A stretch of 64,000 bases of DNA from an uncultured archaeon. Lineage in GTDB: Archaea > Micrarchaeota > Micrarchaeia > Micrarchaeales > CABMGC01. A program made the translations under genes and the position numbers. The notes beneath the pieces are model-generated. The model was not told the DNA's origin and did no database searches. It saw only the letters and a program-made list of their open reading frames with translations. Positions 29,619 through 41,800 of this stretch are shown here, piece by piece. Each line of letters opens with the position of its first letter. Within the stretch, counting starts at the first letter, position 1. Where the stretch lies: contig CAWBCT010000005.1 of NCBI GenBank assembly GCA_963787445.1, positions 1 through 64,000 of the forward strand. Direction: 5' to 3'.

Positions 29619-30125
29619 CGTCGGTCTCCTTCAGTCGTGTCGGGGGGCGGCGTGGCCGGAGGCGTGGCGGCCGGCGGCGCGCCGGCCAGCGGGGCGGCCG
29701 GCGTGGCGACCGGCGTGGCGTCGCCGGTAGCCGCCGCGAGGCGCTCGAGGGTCTCGCCGGCGGGCAGCGCGGCCAGCACGAAGTGCAGCTCGGGACCGTG
29801 TTCGCGGCCGGTGAGCGCCCGGCGCAGCGGCATGAGCAGCTCGCGGGGGCCGTAACCGCTCTGCTTGCCCTGCCGGCGGTAGTCGGCCAGCAGGCCGCGA
29901 GCCTCGTCGGCGGTAAGGTAGGGCTGCGGCGCCGAGCGGCGCAAGCCAGCAAAGAGGGTGAGGCGGTCGCGGGCGGCGGCCAGCGCGGCCAGCGTCTCGG
30001 CGCGGGGGCGGGCCGGTCGAGCACCGCGGCGACGAGCCGCGGCACCTCGCAGTAGCGCTCGAGCGAAGACTTGAGGGCGGCGGCGAGCGCCGCCACGGCC
30101 GGCACCGGGGTGCCGGCCGCCGGCG
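29615..30125 (-). pseudogene. gltX: 3' fragment of glutamate--tRNA ligase (anticodon-binding domain), cut at a junction
   Basis: GPRELLMPLRRALTGREHGPELHFVLAAL...TLERL. Its stop overlaps the cysS start, as in the gltX-cysS operon. The catalytic domain is absent. Confidence 0.8.
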
Positions 30126-30458
30126 CGCCAGCAGCTCGCTCCGGCCGATGAGGGACAGGACCGATGGCGCATCGTCGATGGCGGAGAGAAGCCGGATAGC
30201 CTGCCTCGCCCAGGACGACGAGCCGGCCGCCCAATCGCGCCAGTCCGGCCAGCTCCCGCTCCGCCGTCGCGCTGGCGCAGATGGCGAGCGGCCGGGTACG
30301 CCCGCCGCGCCTGGCAAGCTCGGGCAACGCCGCCAGGGCCGCTTCGGCGCCGCCAAAGCGGGCCAGGAGCTGACGAAAGGTGACGGTCCGACGTTCTCGC
30401 AGCGCGCCAGGCGGAGCGAGGCAAGTCATTCGCGGTCGCTGAGGTGAAGCCCAGGCAT
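30125..30458 (-). pseudogene. dprA: 5' fragment of alphaproteobacterial DNA-processing protein DprA, cut at a junction
   Basis: LRLARCENVGP/TFRQLLARFGGAEAALAALPELARRGG...AERELAGLARLGGRLVVLGEAGYP/LLSAIDDAPSVL. Downstream of plsY. Contains indels and an in-frame TGA. Confidence 0.85.
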
Positions 30459-30522
30459 CGGGGGAGAATGAAGAAGTCCGAGAGTAACTGTCAATTATGT
30501 CTATCGAAAGTTGTAACTCGAC

Positions 30523-31145
30523 TTACGCTTTCGGCTTGCCGAGCTGGATCTTGGATTCCTTTCCGGCCAGCAGACGCCGGATATTCTGCCAGTGGCGCAG
30601 CCAGACCAGCACGGCGATGAGAATGGCAACCTCCTTCAACTGGCGGGTCGAGAGGAAATAGGCGGCCACCGGCGCCGAGGCGAAGGAGAGCAAGGCGGCC
30701 AGCGACGAAAAGCGGGCGGTGAAGGCGACGAGGAGCCAGACCGCGCAGGCGATCAGGCCGACGAAGAAGTTCAAGCCCAGCAGCACACCGAGACCAGTCG
30801 CCACGCCCTTGCCGCCCTTGAAGCCGAGCCATGCCGGGAAGAGATGGCCGATGAAAGCGGCGAGCTCCGGCGATGATCGCCATGTCAGGCCCCAATGTTG
30901 GCCGATCAGCACGGCCGCCGTGCCCTTGCCGCCATCGAGCAGGACCGTCGCCGCCGCCAATCCCTTGCGGCCGGTGCGCAGCACATTGGTGGCGCCGATA
31001 TTGCCGGAGCCGATCTTGCGGATGTCGCCGAGGCCCGCGAGCCTGGTCAACACGAGGCCGAAGGGAATCGAGCCCAGCAGGTAGCCCAGCAGAGCGCCCA
31101 GATAGTACGGCCAAGTAACTGAAAGCTGCCCAGGAGCTCGGGCAT
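30523..31145 (-). CDS. plsY: Glycerol-3-phosphate acyltransferase PlsY; frameshifted
   Basis: [62 protein letters not shown]. Confidence 0.93.
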
Positions 31146-31169
31146 GGCGCTAGGGCGAGGCCGTACCAG

Positions 31170-31288
31170 CTCCTCGCCCCTTCGACGGGGGCCCGCCGGG
31201 GTGGGGGTGGAGCCGAAAGTTCGAAGGCAACGCATTCTATCGCTCGTCGACCCCCTTCCGACCCTCCCCCGCAAGGGGAAGGAAGAGG
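31170..31288. repeat. Alphaproteobacterial-type intergenic palindromic (REP-like) element
   Basis: ctcctcgccccttcgacgggggcccgccggggtggggg ... cccccttccgaccctcccccgcaaggggaaggaagag; the arms are imperfectly complementary. Confidence 0.7.
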
Positions 31289-31310
31289 TTGAGCGGGCGC
31301 GAGCGTGGGT

Positions 31311-31870
31311 TCACTGCGATACTCCGGCCGCGAAGACCGTGCGGCCATCGACGATGGTGCGCAGCACCCGGCCCCGCACCGGGCGGCCGTCGAAGGGGGA
31401 GTTCTTGGACTTGCTGCGGAAGCGGCCGACCTCGATATGACAATGCCGGTCAAGTTCGAACAGGAGAAGGTCCGCCGGCGCGCCCTTGGCGAGGCGGCCC
31501 TGGGGCAGGCCGAGGAATTGGGCCGGCGCTGCGGTCATCCGGCGCAGCAGCTCAATGAGCGACACTTCGCCCTTGTGATGCAACTCCAGGCTCAGGGCCA
31601 GCAGGGTTTCGAGGCCGATAATTCCGGGCGCTGCCTGGGCGAACGGCACGCGCTTTCGATTCCTGGTCGTAAGGGGCGTGGTCGCTGGCGATGCAGTCGA
31701 TGGTGCCGTCGGCGATCGCCGCGGCGACCGCCTTGTTGTCCGCCTCGGTTCGCAGCGGCGGCGACAGCTTGGCGAAGGTGCGGTAGTCGCCGACCGCGGT
31801 CTCGTCGAGAGCGAAATAGGCGGGCGCGGTGTCGCAGGTGACGGGAAGCCCGCGCGCCTTCCTCGCGCCA
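31311..31870 (-). pseudogene. pyrC: 3' fragment of dihydroorotase, cut at a junction
   Basis: GLPVTCDTAPAYFAL...YRTFAKLSPPLR...DGTIDCIASDHAP, PGIIGLETLL, SKSKNSPFDG...TIVDG. pyrC-plsY-dprA synteny. Confidence 0.9.
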
Positions 31871-33629
31871 CGGCGGTCAAGTCGAGATTGCCGTCGAGCG
31901 CGTAATCGCCCGCCAGGTTGGCGTTGACCGCGTTCTGCAACTGGCTGGCGGTGGTGATCAGCGTATAGGCGCTGCCGTTGATGGTCAGACTCGGCGTTGC
32001 GCCCCCAAGGGTGATCGAGTCGCCCGTGCCGGTGATCAGATTGCCGCCGGTCCCGCCGTCGTTATAGAGGACATTGAGGTTGGTGCCGACGATGTTGGCG
32101 TTGACGTTGACGCTGTGATAGGCGTCGAGCGTCAGGGTGGTGTTGGCGCTCCAGGCGAGCGGGCTGTCGATATTGATATCGCCGACGCCGCTGGCATTGG
32201 CGATGCCCGGGCCGCTGGCCCCGGTGGCGGTGGTTTGCAAAGTGACGTTCGTTGTGGCCAGCGAGCCGTCGATGGTCGCGGCCGCGGCGGCGTCGACGGT
32301 CAAGTCCCAGGGGTCGAGCAGCCAGGTGCCCGCCTTGCCCTTGGGCGCGCCGGCATCGACCTTCGCGCCGTCGATATTCAAGATGTGGCCCGAGGTTTCG
32401 ATGGACCCGCCGTCGCCGCCGAGCGCACCGCCCGTGGCCTTCGCCGAACCGACGAAGCTGTTGGTGCCGCCGATCACCGAGATCTTGCCGCCATTGCCGC
32501 TGATCTTGGCCGAGGCATCGAGCGTGGAGGCGGCATCGACCGCCACCGACGCGGTCTGCCAGCCGCCCACGGTGATGGCACCGCCGCCCGTGGCGCCCGA
32601 GGCATCGAGCTTGGCACCCGCGAGAGTGACCGCGCCGCTGCCGTCGAGCACGATCGCCCCGCCCTGCGATGTCAGCGAGTTGGCCTCGATCACCCCGGTG
32701 GCGTTGATCGCACCGCCCATCAAGGTGTTGGCCGCCTGCGCCGTCAGCAGCACCTTGCCGCCGCCGGCCTGGATCACGCCGCCCGCCTCGATCAGCGACT
32801 GCACCGTCGCCGGGTTAACCTTCACCCCCAGCGACCCGCTGCCGGCCAGGGTCAGCGTCACCGCGTCGCCCGAGGCCAGCGCCACCGTGCCCAGATTGGC
32901 CTGGATCAGCCCAGTATTGGCGATATGCGGCGCCAGCAGTGCGACATAGCCGCCCGGGGCCGCCACGATGCTGCCGGCATTGGTCACGCTGCCGGTCGCC
33001 GTGCCGCGCTGGAATACGAGGGTGCCGTTCTGGAAGTCGGTGTCGGATATGTTCAGCGTCGAGGCGATCAGGCCGCCGACATTGACCTGCGCGCCGTCGC
33101 CGAACACGATGCCATTCGGGTTGATCAGGATCACCTGGCCGTTGGCGGTCAGCCGGCCCAGGATGACCGAGCCGTCCCCCGACAGAATGCGGTTGAGCGC
33201 GATCGAGCTGGTACCGGGCTGCACGAAGGTCACCCCGGCCTGGCTGCCGATATCGAAGCTCGACCAGTTGAGGCTGGCTGAATTGGTGGTCTGCGTCACC
33301 GTCAACTGCGAACCAGACTGGCTGATCGTGGCATTGCCCGAGGTCAGCGCTTTGAAGACGGGCAGCTGGGTCGATGCCGGAGCCGAGTTCAGCACGTTCA
33401 TGACGCGCTGCTGGGCCGTCGTCTGAGCGCCACCGGCAATGGCCGGCGCGCCCGGCGCCAGCAGCAGCGCCGCCGCGGCCGAGACCAGGCCCGTGCGCGA
33501 CAGAAGCGCAGCGCGTCGCGACCGGCCGAAGCGCGGTGCGCAGGAATGAGCGGGAATGCTCGGGGACAGACGCTTCAACGAAACCGCGAACTTGGACAAA
33601 TCAATCGTGCAATCATTATTCCGAGCCAT
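31870..33629 (-). CDS. Filamentous haemagglutinin-like TpsA exoprotein; N-terminal ~585 aa only, truncated at the junction
   Basis: Long signal peptide; TPS domain LNWSSFDIG...F.QPG...LNRI...ANGQVILINPNGIVFG; GGDGGSIETSG; GTWLLDP. Confidence 0.9.
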
Positions 33630-33960
33630 TCGACGCTCCTAATATGAATTCGTTTGACGACAATAATTTTTCAAATCCGGTCGCAAATTTACTTCGCGCG
33701 CAACTCACGCCGCCTCGCTACTCGTAAGGCGGATACAGTCGCAAACACAAGTAATGGTTTCCCCGCTTACGAGAATCCATTGCTATTTATTCGGATATAA
33801 CCCCAAGACCCAGGCGAAACGCCACTGAGACGCGACCATTTATTTGTTCTTGGCCGCGATATTACGCATTCCAGGCGCTGACATTCGTTATCGTTCCAAG
33901 AATCTTATGTTTCAATTGTCAAAATCGAGCGGCGGCCTCGCGCCGGCAGAATGTCGACGC

Positions 33961-35714
33961 CTAGAACGTCAATCCGGCCTGCATCCAAACTCTTGTATGT
34001 TCGTGGTACCCGTCGGAGTTGTAGCCGGCGGGGCTGCGGCCCGGATTGATCCCGAGCCGATGGGCGACCGTGACCCGCGCGAAGACCCAGTCGACCGGGT
34101 GCCATTCGGCCCACGCACCAATTCCGTCGAGCACATAGATGTTGGATTGGTCGCTGCCGCCGCGCCAGCCCGCCCAGGGAATCGCATGCTGGACGATCTG
34201 CCCGACATCCCAGAAGCCGGCGAGTTGCAATTCGGCCTGCGGACGGTATCGGTATTCCAAGCTTGCCAGCCAGCCGTCGTCGCCGCGCGCCTCGCCGGTC
34301 GGATAGGCGCGCACGCCGCTCTGGCCGCCCAGGGAAAACTGCTCGGAACTGTCGAGATTTCTTGTTGGCGAGCTGCCCGGAGAGGATCGCGGCCGCCTCG
34401 GTGTTTCGCGTCAGTTGCTCGGTCTGCGTCAGATCGAAATCGAATTTGCCGAAGCGGCCTTGCGTGCGCGCCGAGGCCTGGTCCTGCGCCTGGTTCTGCG
34501 GATTGGCGCTGAGATCGAGGGTCCCGTATTCGACCGCGGCGGCAAACTGCGTGATGCCGTCGAGCCAAGGCTCGCGCGTCGAACCGGCGACCTTGAAGGT
34601 TGCCACATCGATGGCATTGTCGCTGATCGCCACCCCCGCCGTCTCGTTGGTCAGCCGCTTGTGATCGAGCAAGACGGTCGCCTGAACCACGAAGTCCTGG
34701 TCGCGCCAAACCGGGCGCAGCGCCTTGAGGCCATAGGTGACGGCGCTTCCCGATGGCTGGGTGGCGTTGAATCTCTTATCGGTGCGGAAGGCCAGACCCG
34801 AGGCATCGGCGCCCAGCCGCAATCCCGAATAGCCGACCGGGGCATCCGCCGCGACCATGACGTATTTGCTGCCCAGACTGCGCAACGAGGTGACGGCAAC
34901 TTGATCGCCGGCGCCCAGCGCGTCGTTCAGCGCGGCCTCGCCGACCCAGCGCCACGAACCCGTGGCGCGGGAATTGCCGTTGTCGACCAGCGAGGTTCCG
35001 CTGACCAGCGGTCCCTCGTCGAGTTTGACGATGACGTCGGTCTGCGCCGGCGCGGCGCCGGGCGCCAGCGTGGTCGAGGCCGCCACACCCGGGACCGCGG
35101 CCAGATTGGCGAAGTCCCTCCTCGACCTGGTGCGGCCGAAGAAATTCCCCTTCGCCCTGCTGCGCCGTTATGTAGGCGCTGGCCTTGTCGTGCGACAGCC
35201 GCGCGGCGCTGGCCGGATCGATCACCACCTTGCCGAGCTTGCCCTCGAGAACCTCGATCGTCACCAGGCCGTTCTCGATCTTTTGCGGCGGCAGGTAGGC
35301 GTGCGCGAAATAGTCGTGATCGCGATAGAACTGCGCGATCTTCGCGGCGGCCTCGTTGAGATCGCCGAGCGTGCAGTCGCGGCCGATATAGCCCTTGACC
35401 ACGTCCTTCAAGGTGGCCTCGGGAAACAGGGTGGCGATGATGCGAAACGCGGTCACCTTTACCGTCTGCCCCTGCTTGAGGATCGGGGCCGGCGCCGACG
35501 GCGCCAGCGGCACCGTCGGCTGGGCCGGGGCTTGAAGCGTGGGCAGGTCGCGCTGCAGCTGGCGCAGAATCGTGCCGGCATCGGGCGCGGTTTCGGCGGC
35601 ATTCGCGCCCGCGGTCAGGATCAATGCGGGCAGGGCGTAGGCGATCGCCGCCGCGAGGGAGCAAGGCCGCCGCGACGTGGCGGGCGCTGGACCTTTGGGG
35701 AAAAAGCGGTGCAT
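33961..35714 (-). CDS. ShlB/FhaC/HecB-family TpsB outer-membrane transporter; two frameshifts
   Basis: PDAGTILRQ, POTRA (YRDHDYFAHAYLPPQKIENGLVTIEVLEG), DNGNSRATG, LGG..GVRAYP.GEA.GD.G, C-terminal Phe (QAGLTF). Shifts near 35115 and 34360. Confidence 0.9.
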
Positions 35715-35859
35715 GCGTCACTCGCGGCGATGGTCTCGGCGCCGCCAAAATGCACGAACCCCCGCCTCGCCGCCAGTGCGTGACATCCGTCATATCACCG
35801 ACATTGGATACCGCTCGCGATGGCACGGATGGTGACGCAAGAAGAGGAAGGCCGCGCCC

Positions 35860-38800
35860 CTACCCCAGCAATGCGCTGAGCTGGGCGCCCGACAGCGCGG
35901 CGAACTGGGCGCTGGTGAAGGCGGCGACCTGATCGGCGCTGAGCTCGAGAATCCCGTGGCTGCCCAGCGCCGGGATTTGCGCGGTGGTCAGCCCGGCGAT
36001 GCCCAAGAGCGACAGCCCGAACAGCTGGCCCGCGGTGAGCGCGGCGATGCCGGTGGTGGTGAGCGCCGCCACCTGGCTCGATGCGAATGCGCCGAGCTGG
36101 TCGGGCGTCAGGCCGCCGAGCTGCGCCGTGTTGAGCACCACGATGTCGGCGGAATCGAAGCCGCCGAGCTGGGTTGCGGTCAGCGCGCCGAGCTGGGTGG
36201 CGGTCAGGCCACCGATCTGCACCGTGCTCAGCGCCGCCAGCTGCCCGCTGGTCAGCGCCACGATCGCGCCGGTGGAGAGCGACCCGAGTCCCGGTGGTGG
36301 ACAGGCTGCGCAGTTGCACGGTGCTGAGCGCGCCGATGGCGGCGCTCGACAGCGCGTCGAGATTGGCGGTGCCCAGCGCGCCCAGCACGGTGGTCGAGAG
36401 TCCGGCGATCTGCGTCGTGGTCAGCGCCGCGGCATCGGTGGTGGGCAGACCGGCCAACGCGACCGCTCCCATTGCGGCGAGCTGCGCCGCGGTCAGCGAC
36501 CGGATCTGCGTGACCGTGAAGGCATCGAGGTTGGTGGCACCCAGCCCGTGAATGGCGGCACCGTTGAACGCGGCGAGCTGGGTGACGGTCAGCGCCGCCG
36601 CCTCGGCCGGGGTCAGCGCCGCCAGCAGGTAGACCGGCACGCTGAGCAGCTGCACCGGGGTCAGCCCGCCCACCTGGGTGGCGCTGAACGCGTCGAGGTT
36701 GGTGGTGCCCAGCGACGACAAGGCGGTGTAGGCCAGCCCGCCGATCTGTGTTGGTGTCAGCCCGCTTACCTGTGTCGTGGAGAGGCCGAGCAGTTCGGTG
36801 GCGGTCAGGCCGCCCAGCTCGGCGCTGCTCAAGCCGCCGATCTGCGTCGCGGACAGGCTTTCGATATAGGTGCTGCCCAGGGCGGCCAGCACCGTGCTGG
36901 TCAGCCCGGCGATCTGCGTACTGGTGAAGGAGCCGACCTGCGTGGTGGTCAACGCGCCCAACAGTCCGGCGGGGAGATCGTCGAGTTGCGTCGTGGTGAA
37001 AGCCTCGATCTGCGCCGTGGTCAGGAGTTGCAGATTGGTGCTGGTGAGCGCGTTCAGCACCGTGGTGGCCAAAGCGCCGATCTCGGTCGCCGACAGGGAC
37101 TGGAGATTGGTGACCGAGAGCCCGTTGAGCTGGGCCGGGCTCAGCGCGCGGATCTGCGTGGCGGTCAGCGCCGCGATTTCGCCGGTGCCGAACTGGTTGA
37201 GGATCGAGGCGCCGAAGCCCGCCAGTTGCGTGGTGGTCAGGCCGATGACCTGGACCGGCGTCAACGCGCCCAGTGCGGTGGAACTCAGCGCCGCGTAGTC
37301 GGTGGCGGTGAGGTCGAACAGTTGGGTCGAGGTCAGTCCGCCGACCTGGGTGACGGTGAGCGCCGCGATCGCGGTGGCCGACAGCGCATCGAAGGCCGTG
37401 GTGGCCAGCGCGCCGATCGCGGTCGAGGCGAGGCCGGCGAGTTGCGTGGTCGTCAGGCCGGCGGCCTGCGTCGCGTTCAGTACCGCGATATCGGTGGTGG
37501 CGAAGGCGTTGAGCTGCGTGGTCGAGAACGCGTCGAGCCGGGTGGTCGTCAGCGCGGCCAGGTCCGAGGTGGTGAAAGCCTCGATCAGGGTGAGGCTGAG
37601 CCCGGCGATCTGCGTGGTCGTCAGCGCGGCAATGTCGGTGGTGCCGAGCGCGACGAAGGCGGCGGTGCCGAGCGCATCGATGGCGGTGGTCGACAAGGCC
37701 GCGAATTGCGTTGTCGTCAGCCCATGCAACTGGGTGACCGTGAGCGCGCCGAATTCGCCGGTGGTCAGCGCGTTGAGCGTGGCGGAAGCGAAGCCGGTGA
37801 GCTGCGCCGGCGTCAGGGCGCCCACCTGCGCGGTCGACAGACTGGCCAGTTCGGCGGTGCCGAGCGCATTGATGTCGGTGGTGGTCCAGGCGGCGAGTTC
37901 GGTCGTGGTCAGGCCGGCAACCTGCGTGGTGGTCAGGCTCGCCGCGGCGCCGGTGCTCAGCGCGTCGAGCACCGATATGGTGAGGCCGCCGATCTGGCTT
38001 GAGGTCAGGTCGGCGATCTGCGTCGCCGTCAGCGTCGCCGCGTCGGCGGTCGTCAGCGCGTCGAGTTGGGTGGTCGCCAGGGCGCCGATCTGGCTCGAAC
38101 TCAGCCCGGCGAACTCACTCGTGGTCAGCGCCGCGATATCGCTGGTGCCGAAGGTGGCGAAGGCGGTGGTGCTCAGGCCGCCGAGCTGGGCGGCCGAGAG
38201 CGCGCGAATCTGGCCGGTGGACAGCGCCGCGATGTCGCTGGTGCTCAACGCATCGAGCGCCGTGGTGCCGAGCCCGGCCAGCTGCGTCGTCGCCAGCGCC
38301 TGCACCTGCGCGGTGGTCAATTCGCCGATCTCGCCCGTCGTCAGGGCGTTGAGTGTGGTGGTGGCGAGACCGCCGAGCTGCACCGTGGTGAGCGCGGTGA
38401 GCTGGGTCGCCGACAGCGCGTCGAGGGCGGCGGTGGACAGCAAATTGAGCGCGGTGGTCGAGACGCCGGTGAGCTGCGTGGTCGTCACGCCCGCGATCTG
38501 CGTCGCCGTCAGCGCCGCCAGGTCGGTCGTGGTCAGCGCCTTGAAATCGGTGGTGGAGAGCCCGGCGAATTGCGTCGAGACCAGGCCGCTCAATTGCGCG
38601 GTGGTCAGCGACGCGATGTCGGTGGTGGAGAGCGCGTTGAGGCCGGTGGTGGACAGCGCGGCGAGCTGCGTCGCGGTCAGGCCGGCGAGCTGGCCGGTGG
38701 TCAGCGCGGCCAGCGCCGAGGTCGTGAGCGCAACGACGAAGCCGGTGGCGAGCGCGCCCAACTGCGTCGAGCCCAGGCCGCGCAACTGCGTGGTCGTCAG

Positions 38801-41800
38801 CGCGGCGATGTCGCCCGTGGCCAGGGCATCGAGCTCGGTGGCGGCGAGGCCGCCCAGCTGCGCCGAGGTCAGGGCCCGCGCCTGGGTGGTGGTCAGCGCG
38901 GCGAAAGCGGTGGTGGCAAGCGCGCCCAGCGCCGAGCCGGCCAGCCCGCCGATCTGGTCGGTGGTCAGCCCGGCGACCTGGCTTGTCGTCAGGCCGGAAA
39001 TCTCGGTGGTGGTCAGGTCGTCGAAGGCGGTGGTGGTCAGCCCGCCGATCTGCGTCGAGGACAGGCCGGCGACTTCGGTGGTGCTCAGCAGCCCGATCTC
39101 GGTCGCGGTCAGGCCGCCGATCTGCGTCGCCGAGAGGGCGGCGATGCCGGTGCCGCCCAGCGCGGCGAAGTCGGTGGTGGCGAGGCCGCCGATCTGCGTC
39201 GCCCGCAGGCCGCCGATCTGCGTGGTCGTCAACGCGGCGATATCGGTGGTGCTGAGTTCGTCGAGAAATGTGAGGGTGAGGCCGCCGATCTGCGTTGTCG
39301 TCAGCCCGCCGATCTGCGTGGTGGTGAGAATCGCGACATCGTCGGAGGTGAAACCGTTGAGCGCGGCGACGGTGAGGGCGGCAACGTCGCCCGGCGACAG
39401 GGCGACGACCTCGGTCGTGGTCAGCGCCAAATTGGATAGCGTCGTGGTCAGGTTGGTGAACTGGACGTTGGTGATTCCGATCAACGTGTCGGTGCCGCCG
39501 AACGACGGGCTGTCGGCGGTCACGGTGTACGTGCCGCCGCCGTCGTTCATGATCGTGTAGTCGTCGGACGCGGCGGCGAGCAGCACGGTATCGGTGCCGC
39601 CGCCGCCGGTGATCGTGTCGGTCCCGCTTCCGGCAACGACGAACAGATCGTTGCCGGAGCCTCCGGTGAGCACGTCGTCGCCGTCGTTGCCGACCAAGGT
39701 CATCGCGCCGGTGGTCAGGCTGGCATCGATGCGATCGACGGTGGTTCCGTAATCGATGAACAGTTGGTTGGCGGTCAGGATGTCGGTGTTCTGACTGCCC
39801 AGCCAGCTCCAATGACCCGGCCGCAGATCGATATAGCCCGCACCCGACCAGTTCCCCGCCGAGATCATGTCGGTGGTGCTGCCCACGCCGTAGATCAGAT
39901 TGTTGGTGCCGGTGGTGCCGGGCGTGGCGGCGGGATTGAAGGTCCAGGTATGGGTGGGGGCGACGAAATCGGGGTTGGGACCGTAGAGATATTGCGCCAG
40001 CGCGATGTCCCACACGCCGAGCGTGGTCAGGTACGGCGTCGAGTAGGACATGACGGTGAGGGTGCTGGTGTCCTCGCCGCCGCCCTGGTTCTGGACATCG
40101 CCGGGAAATTGGTCGGCGGTGTCGCCATTGCCGGACTCGCCGCCGAGGCCCAGCACATGGCCGACCTCGTGGACGAAGACGCGAAGATTATCGTTGGAAG
40201 GGTCGGTGTTGCTGAGATAGACGTCGCCTTCTTCCTGGAGGAATGAGCCGGACTGTCCGGGGTAGGGGACATAGGAATAGCCGGCGGAGTTGGCGCCCTG
40301 ATTGTTTTCACCAAAGCGCACCGGCACCGAATTGCTGTCGGTGGAAGATACGAAGACGATATCGGCAACCGCCGACCATTCCGCGAGCGCCTGCACCGCG
40401 GCGGATTCCGCGTTATTGAGTGTCGGGTCGGCGGCCAGAAGCTGGCTTGGCGTCAAGCCGGTAAGACCGCCGGTCAAGTCGGGGCCGAGGGTGCCGAATC
40501 CGCTACGGTCGCTGCCGGGACCCGTGCTTCCATAAGTCGGAAACGCTTGCATGAAACTGAAATCGATCGTCTCGGCGGTGCCGAGCGCGCCGATATTGCT
40601 TGTCCCCGTGGTCTGCCAATGCGGTACCGGACTGAACAGCAGATCGGACATGAAATAGGGCATGGGCGCGGCCAACCCAAAGGACGGGTTGATCACCTCA
40701 TTGGTATCGACGTAATGGATCGTCGCCGTCGGCGATGCGCCGAGCAGATTGTTGCCGTCCGGCACCTTGAAACCGTCGACCGCGACATTGATGGTGAAAT
40801 GCGAAATACTGTCGTCGCCGACATAGATGGCATCGGCGGCATTGGTGACCGTTACGATCACCGAACTCCAGGGCGATACGGTTAGCCCACTGGTATTGTA
40901 GTTGGACAGATCTAGCTCGTCGGCGCTAGCGCCAGCGGCTTGGTCAAGCACTAGGGTCCCACCCGAGATACTGGTCAGTTCGATATCGTTGGAACCCGTC
41001 CCCACCGAGATGGTGAGATTGCCGATACTGTCGTCCGCACTCGGCCCATAGAGGATATTGGTGCCATTGCCGAGCGTGATGTTGTCGCCGCTGGCGCCGT
41101 TGTTAAGATAGATCGTGTTGTTGCCATTGCCGGCGATCAGCGTGTCATTGCTGAGCAGGGTGACGGTGTTGTTGCCGTTGCCGAGCGAAACGAAATCGTT
41201 GGTCGCGCCGGTTCCGACATAGTTGACCGTGTTGTTGCCGTCGCCGGCGCGCAGCGTGTCGAAGCTGACGAGGGTGATGGTATTGTTGCCGCCGCCCAGC
41301 GAAATCACATCATGACTGGCGGCGCCGGCTGACGCCTGGACGATATTGACGCCGCCGAGTGCGAACAGGGTATCCGACGTCGTGAGGAGGACGGTGTTGT
41401 GACCGGTACCGAGCGAGACAACGTCGTTGGCTCCGCCGTCGCTGACGTTGTTATTGCCGTTGCCCAGCGTTACATGGTCGTTCGTGGTGCTTAGATAAAT
41501 CTGAACGTAATTGCTACCGTCGCCGGCCGTCAGCGAGTTGCCGGAATTTAGGTATATGCTGAAGGCGCCGCTGCCGAGTTCGTAGAGGACGTCGCTACTC
41601 TGTTCGACAATGTAATCGCTGCCCGAGCCGCCAAGAACTGAATCTCCCGCGTACGGATAGATTGTATTGTTTAATCCGCTGCCAAGATTGATTGTAGTAT
41701 CGCTTGGACCACCGTTGCTGTAGCCGTAGATAATTAGATCGTTTGTGTTGGGCACATTGATGGTGTCGCCCGGCTCGCCGGGAAAAATCGTCAGACCATC

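Noticed and set aside
30426-30428. In-frame TGA in dprA as selenocysteine
   Set aside because: The position corresponds to Arg (CGA) in an error-rich segment, and DprA has no catalytic Cys here.
27964-30429. 821-aa ORF as a novel DprA-CysRS fusion
   Set aside because: It is a chance open frame threading dprA, gltX and cysS pieces across frameshifts and a junction.
31311-33629. TpsA with a dihydroorotase-like C-terminal toxin domain
   Set aside because: The pyrC part is only the 3' half, is partly out of frame, and sits in its normal pyrC-plsY-dprA context. This is a junction, not a toxin.
35863-39450. CRISPR array or canonical ice-nucleation protein
   Set aside because: The repeats are degenerate, in-frame and have no unique spacers or cas genes. 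The octapeptide does not match the InaZ AGYGSTxT consensus.
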